Below are positions 34,201-40,846 of a DNA stretch of 40,846 bases, piece by piece (the stretch's first letter is position 1; every line of letters starts with the position of its first letter). The translations under genes and the position numbers were made by a program. The stretch is from contig CBFGIY010000011.1 of NCBI GenBank assembly GCA_965648935.1, positions 1-40,846 of the forward strand, in the 5' to 3' direction. Under the pieces are notes generated by a model. It had not been told where the DNA came from. It saw only the letters and a list, made by a program, of their open reading frames with translations, and did no database searches. Origin of the DNA: a candidate division WOR-3 bacterium. GTDB taxonomy: Bacteria; Hydrothermota; Tepidihabitantia; Tepidihabitantales; Tepidihabitantaceae.

Positions 34201-35046
34201 TCCGAGTTCTACCGCTACAGCATCTCAGGCGACAGCTTCACGCGCCTTGCCGACGCGCCGGCCGGCGCCAAGCCGAAGTACGGCAAAGGCTCCTGGCTTG
34301 CCTGGGACGGCCAACGCTGGCTCTACTGCCACAAGGGTGGAATCGGCGAACTTCACCGCTACGACATAATCGCCGACACCTGGCAGGAAATGCCCCAGCT
34401 CGCCCCGTTCCCGCGAGTCGGCCGCAGCGGCCGTTCGCGCAAGACCGGCAGCGGCTCGGCTGCGGCCTGGGGCCTTGATGCGCTCCACGCGCTCAAGGGC
34501 AACAACACTGCCCAGTTCTGGCGCTACGAACCCGACGCCGGCCCGGGCACCTGGACCGAGCTCGAAAGCATCCCCTGGACCCGTGTGCAAGGCGGCAACC
34601 CGAGACGCAACAAGGCGGGCAGTGCCCTCGCCTTCAGCCCGGTGCTGGGCGTCTTCACTGCCCTCACCGGCAACAAGACCAACTGGGTGTGGCGCTACAC
34701 GCCTGACCTCGAACCGTCACGGCTCGTCGGCACGGCCGGCGAACCAGCTCAACCTGCCGGCCCGGACCGACTCGCCGCATCGCTTCTCGCCGGACCCGGC
34801 CTCGGCCACGGTAGCGCCGTCATCCGATACGCCATCACTGCGGCCGCCGAGGTCCGGCTCGAAATCTATGACAACTCCGGCCGCAGAGTCCGCACGCTTG
34901 CCCGCGGCCAGCTTGCTGCGGGTACACACAGCTCGATCTGGGACGGCACCGACGACACCGGCCGCAGGGTCGGCTCAGGGGTCTACCTCATTCGGCTGAC
35001 TGCGGGCAACCTTGCCCATACCGGCCGGCTCACACTCCTGCGCTGA
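31222..35046 (+). CDS. Large secreted protein, 1274 aa: ~14 FDGTNY/VLDP repeats, 6 Kelch-like KG repeats and a FlgD-Ig/T9SS-like C-terminal domain
   Basis: Signal peptide; repeats PAVxFDGTNYxxAW..YAARxxPxGxVLDPxG; KGNNTLEFWRY blades; IYDNSGRRVRTL..WDGTDDTGRRVGSGVY. Confidence 0.88.
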   Translation: MLAAVVLCAVALSAAVPEPPVAKPADPLGLQTEASRPTRTRRLAGRAPETRRGGANLARPLAGEFLVDRNTTYGPAHLHQFLPAVATDGTNYLVVWVDDARDYPMLRATLFSRSGRLLDSIGFLLPSDADGEAGIEGCWPPSATFDGTNYIVAWGGVPAETSDLAALAVRISPTGTLLDSRPIVVHRPTEQVILVSACAGNGSSLVVWVDDNGACFGARLSAAGAVLDPGGFLIAPRAADEFPLPVAFSGVNWLVGLTVYDPFIGRHEIGFVRVGLDGAVLDSIPVLVTSDSVNQFEPAVSFDGTNYLIAWQDERDEDNDWEIYAARVSPAGVVLDPGGFSVTAGLEHEQFCPVATFDGASHIVAWLDENNEGMFASRISPAGVVLDSGGRTLITPAQADNETRSAIAGSNGQCLAVAVQWRYDADLVATRIGPGFAVLDSPARIIAWSAAADDEPALAGSPDGFLSLWRTRRRDDSAPAVYAARITPAGVVLDPQGIPVARRNRGGTEYPRALFDGRNWLVLYTDRSLPQISVAAARVTPAGTVLDHDGIILGAGSTGGNFAAAVGDSNALAVWTNWGWPTSSICFGRISRDGNALDPNGIVLASAGSLSGVTVAYGAGTYLVLWNDGSGPRFCRIAENGTVLDPGGTELPGALSYRSTGAVSFDGTNFVVAWEGVIESEWRRVIRGTRIPRSGPVLDPDGFPVCTLAFEQRLPRCASAHGVTLFTWISGENGNVYASRVTPSGLSLDPEGVRISDTMVMPDDMHLLADDAGWTAVWNPFWGDWFQRRYLAAHLTPAGAVDTSFAVTSSAYWPHFRAAAGAGQTAFAWVRHTQQIGTRPINADRVWARLSRPAGGGAGGWQAGPPLPGLGVREGGALAASPDDGRTYAVKGGKALEFWSADPLTGSWQQMPPVPAGEKPLHRGAALAAGSGEVFLLKGNNTLEFWRYGVSTGEWQPAAPVPLGGGKKVKAGAALALASRPDGDFVFLLKGANSEFYRYSISGDSFTRLADAPAGAKPKYGKGSWLAWDGQRWLYCHKGGIGELHRYDIIADTWQEMPQLAPFPRVGRSGRSRKTGSGSAAAWGLDALHALKGNNTAQFWRYEPDAGPGTWTELESIPWTRVQGGNPRRNKAGSALAFSPVLGVFTALTGNKTNWVWRYTPDLEPSRLVGTAGEPAQPAGPDRLAASLLAGPGLGHGSAVIRYAITAAAEVRLEIYDNSGRRVRTLARGQLAAGTHSSIWDGTDDTGRRVGSGVYLIRLTAGNLAHTGRLTLLR

Positions 35047-35720
35047 CCCGGGCCGCAGGCACTCATGACAATCGCCGGGCGGACGCCAGGTCCGCCCGGC
35101 GCGCTTTTCCCCGACCTGGGCCGGGGACCGAAACTGCAACTTACGAGGCATCAGGACATAGCGATGAGTGCTATGGTCTGACAGGAACTCATACTTGCGC
35201 CAAACCCGCAGACCGGTCAGGGAACCGTTCCCCCAGCGGGTTGCCAGTCGAACGCGGAGCCGGGTTAGGTCGCGGTAAACCAATCAGCTAGCCGAATCGG
35301 CCCGAGAATCGGTCTGCCAGCCGGTCTTCCGGTCGCTGACAAAGCTTCTTGCTCGAAGAAATATGCCGCAGGGGTACCTGCCGCGCGGCTAAGTGATCGT
35401 GCGCTCTAGCGTGATTCTCACCTGTGTCCGGCCGCCAAGCGGTCCCCAACAAGCTTTCGTGGATTGCTCGCTCCGGGCCGCAGTGAATCCCTCGTGGCCG
35501 TGTCTGATATGTGTTGCATCCGGGGCCCTTCAGGGGGACTCGCCGCTATTGTGCGGCGGTCCTCGTGCTTTTCGGCCGGGCAGCGCCAACGCGGGCCCTC
35601 GGGTGAGACTGGAACGGGCACGGTCAGACCGAACCCAACAGGAGGCAGGCAGGCACCCGCACAATCGGCTGGCGGGCAACGAGCGGGCGGCGTCTATGCC
35701 CGCACTGAGGAGCAGCAGGT

Positions 35721-37853
35721 ATGAGGAACGGCATTACCATTCTGGCGGCGGGCCTGGGCTTTGCGGCAGCCGTCTGGCTGCTGGGCGGAGTCGCCCTGGC
35801 GCAGCCCGAACCTTGGCGCCACCCCGACAATACGATTCACTGGTACGACGCGGTCGCGGCACCCGGCGGCCTGAGGTGGCGTGACGCGAGCGTCGCCGCC
35901 GAAACCGTGGGCGGCTATCTCGCCACACTGACCACCGCAGCAGAGAACGGTTTCGTCGCCGATATGTGCGACAAAGATAGCCTCTGGTACCTGCGGCCTG
36001 ACCGCGGCATACTCAGCGGGCCGTGGCTGGGCGGGTATCAGGTTCCCGGTTCGCGCCTGCCTGAGGAAGGCTGGGTCTGGGTCACGGGCGAGCCGTTTGA
36101 CTTGCGCAACTGGTCATCGGGCGAGCCTGACGACTTTGGCGGCGAGGAGGACGCCCTGCACTTCGGCAGCTGGGGCTCTTCGCGCGTTCGGACCTGGGCC
36201 GACCTTTCGTCTGCCTACCCGGACAACCGCGGTTATGTCATTGAGCTTTCCGCTGAAACGACCACGGTCGGCCTGATTCGTTCGGACTCGGGCGCCTGCC
36301 CCGGCTACACCCTGCTCGCGCCGCTGATGTCGACCGACGTCTGGCTGCTCGATGTCAAGGGCCGGCCGGTCCATCGCTGGCGCAGCGCCAACAGCTTCGC
36401 GACCGGCACCTACCTCCTCGAAAACGGATTGCTCTTGCGCATCGCCCGGGGCGTGGCCAACGGCCAGGTTGAACTGCTCGCGTGGAACAGCGAACCAGTC
36501 TGGAGGTATGTCAGCCCGGATGGGGGCTTTTTCGGTCTTCACCACGACGCCATCTGCCTCCCCTCGGGCAATATCCTGATTATCTCCTACGAGAACAAGA
36601 CCCGGGCCCAGGCGATTGCCGCTGGCCGAAACCCGGCGCGCCTCGTCGACAACTACATAATCCCGGACAAGATAATCGAGGTCGACCCGGCAACAAGCAA
36701 CATCGTCTGGGAATGGCACGCCTGGGACCACCTTGTGCAGGACTTCGACTCGACCAAGGCCAACTACGGCGTGGTTCGCGATCACCCGGAACTGCTCGAC
36801 ATCAACTTCGGCCCGACCCGGGCCGACTGGCTCCACTGCAACAGCCTCGACTACAATGCCGAGTTCGACCAGATAATCCTCACCAGCCGCAACATCAGCG
36901 AGTTCTGGGTGATAGACCACAGCACCACGACCGAAGAGGCGCGCGGCCACACCGGCGGCCGCTACGGTATGGGCGGCGACATTCTCTACCGCTGGGGCAA
37001 CCCGCAGGCTTATCGCGCGGGCGACTCCACAAGCCAGCGCCTGTTCGGCCCGCACAACACCCATTGGATACGGTCCGGCCTGCGCGGCGCCGGCAACCTT
37101 CTGGTTTTCAACAACGGCTGGCTCCGCCCGGACGGCTACTACTCAACGGTCGAGGAGCTCGTGCCGCCCTGCGACAGCTCCGGCCGCTATGCCCGGCCGG
37201 CCCCTGGCCAGCCGTTTGGTCCCGCCGCGCCGACCTGGACCTGGGGCGCAACCCCGCCCAACCACAAGTACTCCGCGACCATAAGCGGCGCCCAGCGCCT
37301 GCCCAACGGCAACACGCTGGTCTGCAACGGCGAGGCCGGCGACATCCTCGAGGTCGGCCCGGACAGCGTTATTGTCTGGGAGTATGTCAACCCCATCGCC
37401 GACACCGGCCCGGTCCGCCAGAGCGAGATTGAGCCCGGCTGTAGCGTGTTCCGCGCGCTGCGCTACCCGGTTGATTACCCCGGTCTGGCCGGACGGACCC
37501 TGCGGCCCGGCTACCCGCTCGAACGCTACGACACCCCGCCTCTGGCCGTGCTCGAACCGCCGGTTTCTGCCCGCGCCGGAGCTGTCTCGCTCGCTATCGG
37601 ACCCAACCCGTCACGCGGCAGGGCCACGGTGAGCTACGCGCTCGGCGCGCCCGGCCCGATGCGAATCGCGGTCTATGACGGCTCGGGCCGCCTCGTCCGC
37701 ACACTCGCCGAGCTACCCCGCGCTGCTGCCAGCGGCATCCTGACCTGGGACGGCACCGATGAGTCTGGCCGAAAGGTCGGCACCGGCGTCTACCTCTGCC
37801 TCCTCTCTGCCGGCGACGTTACCCGCGCCAGCCGGCTTGCAGTCTTGAGGTAG
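35721..37853 (+). CDS. Secreted fusion: C-type lectin-like domain, aryl-sulfate sulfotransferase-like propeller and FlgD-Ig C-terminal domain
   Basis: GGYLATL..EN..WLGG..WVWVTGEP..NW..GEPD (CTL); HHDA, DWLHCNS, LYRWGNP, GPHN, SGAQRLPNGNTL (ASST-like); WDGTDESGRKVGTGVY. GAGGAG RBS. Confidence 0.85.
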   Translation: MRNGITILAAGLGFAAAVWLLGGVALAQPEPWRHPDNTIHWYDAVAAPGGLRWRDASVAAETVGGYLATLTTAAENGFVADMCDKDSLWYLRPDRGILSGPWLGGYQVPGSRLPEEGWVWVTGEPFDLRNWSSGEPDDFGGEEDALHFGSWGSSRVRTWADLSSAYPDNRGYVIELSAETTTVGLIRSDSGACPGYTLLAPLMSTDVWLLDVKGRPVHRWRSANSFATGTYLLENGLLLRIARGVANGQVELLAWNSEPVWRYVSPDGGFFGLHHDAICLPSGNILIISYENKTRAQAIAAGRNPARLVDNYIIPDKIIEVDPATSNIVWEWHAWDHLVQDFDSTKANYGVVRDHPELLDINFGPTRADWLHCNSLDYNAEFDQIILTSRNISEFWVIDHSTTTEEARGHTGGRYGMGGDILYRWGNPQAYRAGDSTSQRLFGPHNTHWIRSGLRGAGNLLVFNNGWLRPDGYYSTVEELVPPCDSSGRYARPAPGQPFGPAAPTWTWGATPPNHKYSATISGAQRLPNGNTLVCNGEAGDILEVGPDSVIVWEYVNPIADTGPVRQSEIEPGCSVFRALRYPVDYPGLAGRTLRPGYPLERYDTPPLAVLEPPVSARAGAVSLAIGPNPSRGRATVSYALGAPGPMRIAVYDGSGRLVRTLAELPRAAASGILTWDGTDESGRKVGTGVYLCLLSAGDVTRASRLAVLR

Positions 37854-37869
37854 CTGCCCGCCGACCCCG

Positions 37870-37915
37870 AAAAAGGCAGCGGGACAGGCAATCGCCCGTC
37901 CCGCTGTCGCCTTTG
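37870..37915. terminator. Bidirectional hairpin between convergent genes
   Basis: AAAAA-GGCAGCGGGACAGGC-AATC-GCCCGTCCCGCTGTC-GCCTTT. Confidence 0.65.
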
Positions 37916-37952
37916 TGACGCCTGCTCGAACCGGCCGCGCCGGACCGCGCGA

Positions 37953-40604
37953 TCAGCGTTGCACAACCAGCCGCGCCGAGGCGTTGCCGCAGCGCGCGAT
38001 GTAGACTCCGGGCGCGAGCCGCGCGGTCGACAACTCGGCCGAGCCCGCAACCATCTCGAACTCGCGCACGCACCGCCCCGCCGCGTCAAAAAGCCGCGCG
38101 GTTGCGCGACCCGCACCGGGCAGAGTCACGCTCACCCGGCCGCGTGCCGGGTTGGGCAGAACCCGCAACACTCTCGCGGCAGCGCGGCCAGGCACCGGCT
38201 CGGCAATTGCGGTCGGCGCGCCGCCGAACAGGTAGAGCCGGCCGTCATCCGACCCGACCGCGACGTCCATCCGCCCGGCGCCCAGGATGTCGCCCAGCGC
38301 CGGGGGCGTGCTTGTCGGGCCGCCGGTCGAGCGTGCGGCGAGTATCATCCCGGTGGTGCCGTCGAGGATGTACAGCCTGCCGTCCTCCGCTCCGACAATC
38401 ACGTCCATCGCGCTGTCAGAATTGACCAGCCCGAGCGAAGGCGCGCCGCGAACCTTGCCGCCCAGGGCCCGCGACCACAGGAGCATCCCGCCGCGGTCCA
38501 GTGCGTAAACCGACGAGTCCTCCGAGCCGAATGCGATGTCGGGCCGGCCGTTGCCGGTAAGGTCGCCGACTGCGGCGGCGGTGGCCGGGCCGCGCGCGAC
38601 GAATTGCCAGAGCACCAGGCCCGAGTCACCGGAGAAAGCGTGCATCGTGCCGTCGGCCGAGCCGATGAGCAGTTCGAGGCGGCCCTCGGAATTGAGGTCG
38701 GCCAGAACCGGTCCGGCCGCGGCCGCGCCGGCCGGCCCGCTGCGCTTGGGCGCGCCGGTGCGTGCGTCGAGCACGCGGTATAGGCTGTCGCCGCAACCGA
38801 CCGCGACCTCCTGTCTGCCGTCCCGGTCGAGATCGCCGAGCGCGGGCGCGCCCGCAACTGCCGCAGGCAGGTCCACACGCCACTCCTCTGCGCCGGTCGC
38901 GCCGTCCAGCGCGGCCACCCGGCCCGCTTCGGCACCGATGATGACCTCGAGCCGGCCGTCAACATCCGGGTCGGCGATGGCCAGCCCGCCCGATGGCGAC
39001 GAGCCGGCCGCATAGGTCCAGAGCCGCGCGCCGGTCGCGCCGTGCAGGGCAAGCACAGTCCCGTCGGCCCGACCTGCGGCCACGTCGAGTGAGCCGTCAG
39101 CGTCGAGGTCGCCGATCGCCGGAGCGGCCGCGACCGCGCATCCGGCCGAATCGGCCCACAGGACCGCAAGGTTGTCGCCGTTGGCCGCCCGCAGGGCGCC
39201 GTCGACCGACCCGAACACGACTTCGTTGCGGCCATCTGAATCCAGGTCGCCCAGTACCGGAGCGCCGCTCACTGCCCCGCCGGTCGCGACCGAACCGGCA
39301 TCCCGCAGCGTGTCCAGTTCGGCCGCCAGCGCGATTGCCGCTTGACGGTTTGGGAAACGGCCGAGCCCGGGCCAGTGCAACCGCTGGCCGGGCAGGCTGA
39401 GAGCCGTGCCGGCCGCGCTGCCGTCGTCGGGAATCGGCACGCGGATGGCGCCGGCCGTGCCCAGGGCTCCGCGCTCAAGGTCCACCGCCGCAAGCCCGGT
39501 CAGCTCCCCGGTGACGCCGTCCAGCGTCACGTCGCGCCCCTCGGCGAACACGCAGCTCGTGTCGTTATCGCTCAGCCAGCCAGCGCCGTCGGTGAGATCC
39601 AATGGCAGCGGGTGCGATGGGAACGCGTGAGAGCCGCGCCGGTCAAGGTTGCGTTCGAGGAACGCCTTCTGCCAGGCCGGCGCGCCATTGCGCCGGATAC
39701 CGCCCTGAAGCCGCACGTCCTCGCGCGAACCGTGTGCCACACTCGCCCGCGCGACCAGCCGCGGCGCATAGCCGATGCGGTCACGCAGGAACAGGCCGAT
39801 GCGGTATGAGAGCTGGCCGTCCTTGACCGCGACGTATGACATCCAGCCGTAGCCGCGGTTGCCCCAGCCTGTGCCCCACGAGTTCACGAACTTGAACGCG
39901 CCCGCGCCGTCGTTGGTCGGCCGGTTGTCGTCGTACCCGACAAAGGTGATATAGTGACCGCCGCGGTTGGTGCCGTAGCGGTCGACCGAGCAGTAGCAGG
40001 TGTCGAAGTTGTTGATGTTGTCGAAGTTTGCCCAGACGTTGATGGGCAGCACCGCATTGTCGCCGGCCGCTATGTGCGCCTTGAGCGCGATGATGCCGGG
40101 GTCTGAACCGCAACTGATGTAGCAGGCTTCCTCGCAGCGGTATGGGAGGGCTCGGGCGTAGGCCGACTCGCCTGGCCACGGCACCGGGTCGGCAGAGTTG
40201 GGGCAGTCGGCAAACGTGGCGCAGCCGAAGTCGAGCATCAATCGCATGTTGTCGGTGTAGTACGACCCGGCGTTGCCCCCGGCGTTGGCCATGTTGTAGA
40301 GGAATGTCGGGCTGAACTGGTGCGCCGGCACGGTCACGTCCCAGCCGCGCTCGAGCCACTCCTGGTAGGTCTTGTAGTAATAGGCAAATGCCCACGAGGT
40401 GCACGACGGCAGGCTGCCCTGGCTGCCTACCGGCGGCATCTTTGACGAGTGGTCGACCGCGGGCGGCGGGTCGGCCGCGGTCGCATCGGGCCTTATCTCA
40501 ACCAGCCACGGCACTTCGGCCGGGTCGGTGAACAGACCGCCGGTCGGGTGCAGGACCCCGGGCCCGCTGGCGAGCAGCGCGGCGAACAAGACAATCAGTG
40601 CCAA
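37953..40604 (-). CDS. Secreted C1A (papain-family) cysteine peptidase with FG-GAP/PQQ-like propeller and T9SS-type C-terminal domain, ~883 aa
   Basis: VGSQGSLPSCTSWA, GGHYITFVGYD and NSWGTGWG..GY motifs; repeated GDLDxDGxxEV blades; LPNPARG..FDAAGR..APGVY. GGAGG RBS before TTG 40604; promoter TTGACC-16-TACTAT at 40646-40673. Confidence 0.88.
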   Translation of the reverse strand: MALIVLFAALLASGPGVLHPTGGLFTDPAEVPWLVEIRPDATAADPPPAVDHSSKMPPVGSQGSLPSCTSWAFAYYYKTYQEWLERGWDVTVPAHQFSPTFLYNMANAGGNAGSYYTDNMRLMLDFGCATFADCPNSADPVPWPGESAYARALPYRCEEACYISCGSDPGIIALKAHIAAGDNAVLPINVWANFDNINNFDTCYCSVDRYGTNRGGHYITFVGYDDNRPTNDGAGAFKFVNSWGTGWGNRGYGWMSYVAVKDGQLSYRIGLFLRDRIGYAPRLVARASVAHGSREDVRLQGGIRRNGAPAWQKAFLERNLDRRGSHAFPSHPLPLDLTDGAGWLSDNDTSCVFAEGRDVTLDGVTGELTGLAAVDLERGALGTAGAIRVPIPDDGSAAGTALSLPGQRLHWPGLGRFPNRQAAIALAAELDTLRDAGSVATGGAVSGAPVLGDLDSDGRNEVVFGSVDGALRAANGDNLAVLWADSAGCAVAAAPAIGDLDADGSLDVAAGRADGTVLALHGATGARLWTYAAGSSPSGGLAIADPDVDGRLEVIIGAEAGRVAALDGATGAEEWRVDLPAAVAGAPALGDLDRDGRQEVAVGCGDSLYRVLDARTGAPKRSGPAGAAAAGPVLADLNSEGRLELLIGSADGTMHAFSGDSGLVLWQFVARGPATAAAVGDLTGNGRPDIAFGSEDSSVYALDRGGMLLWSRALGGKVRGAPSLGLVNSDSAMDVIVGAEDGRLYILDGTTGMILAARSTGGPTSTPPALGDILGAGRMDVAVGSDDGRLYLFGGAPTAIAEPVPGRAAARVLRVLPNPARGRVSVTLPGAGRATARLFDAAGRCVREFEMVAGSAELSTARLAPGVYIARCGNASARLVVQR
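37966..38062 (-). repeat. Direct repeat copy 1 (C-terminal sorting-domain coding DNA)
   Basis: 95/97 nt identical to 40750-40846. Confidence 0.9.
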
Positions 40605-40690
40605 CGCATCCTCCGTCTGGCCGGCATCAGCGGCGCGGCCGCTCCATAGTAGTGCAGGGCCGGCCGCGGTCAAGCCGCCGCGCAGAAGCC

Positions 40691-40716
40691 GCGGGGCAGG
40701 CCTCAGCCTGCCCCGC
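40691..40716 (-). terminator. Hairpin terminator after the partial gene at the right edge
   Basis: Perfect 11-bp stem GCGGGGCAGGC-CTCA-GCCTGCCCCGC. Confidence 0.6.
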
Positions 40717-40736
40717 AGTTCGCTGTCTGTTTTCGG

Positions 40737-40846
40737 CTACTCGGCCTTGACCAGCCGCGCCGAGGCATCGCCGCAGCGCGCGATGTAGACTCCGGGCGCG
40801 AGCCGCGCGGTCGACAACTCGGCCGAGCCCGCAACCATCTCGAACT
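40737..40846 (-). CDS. 3' end of another T9SS-type C-terminal-domain protein (partial; direct repeat copy 2)
   Basis: Reads ..FEMVAGSAELSTARLAPGVYIARCGDASARLVKAE-stop (TAG at 40737-39). Confidence 0.8.
   Translation of the reverse strand, partial: FEMVAGSAELSTARLAPGVYIARCGDASARLVKAE

Noticed and set aside
37870..40716. Similar GCGGGRCAGGC hairpins at 37879 and 40691 as a REP family
   Set aside because: There are only two copies, both at gene 3' ends and adequately explained as terminators, and no RAYT transposase is present.
37966..40846. Repeat pair as a diversity-generating retroelement TR/VR
   Set aside because: There are only two mismatches and they are not both at adenines of one copy (AAC vs GAT). 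Both copies are coding, and no reverse transcriptase is in the window.

Overview
GC-rich bacterial chromosome segment from an anaerobe with an outer membrane. The FlgD-Ig/T9SS-like C-terminal domains and Lys-Gly Kelch-like repeats suggest WOR-3 or a related FCB-adjacent lineage (inference). From left to right it holds: the edge of a lower-GC island with a truncated IS1182-like transposase; a flavodoxin; a minus-strand arsR - Met-rich ORF - hdrCBA - flxDCBA - arsR operon (electron-bifurcating Hdr-Flx complex, no dsrC in the window); cysS, tRNA-Ile(GAT) and sppA; a receiver-hydCBA [FeFe]-hydrogenase operon with non-bifurcating HydB signatures, divergent from a GAF histidine kinase; xylA-like/xylB; a TonB receptor plus lipoprotein; an Fe-S flavoprotein, a serine hydrolase, a GH43 and a stand-alone AICAR transformylase; and a cluster of large secreted multidomain proteins. 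The best candidate for an undescribed system is the Hdr-Flx operon. It is bracketed by two Cys-pair ArsR paralogs and carries a 19% Met repeat protein. A putative operator (CATATC-N2-GWTATG) appears both at its promoter and at the hydrogenase/kinase divergon. Many genes look leaderless. All calls come from reading the sequence; no database searches were run.
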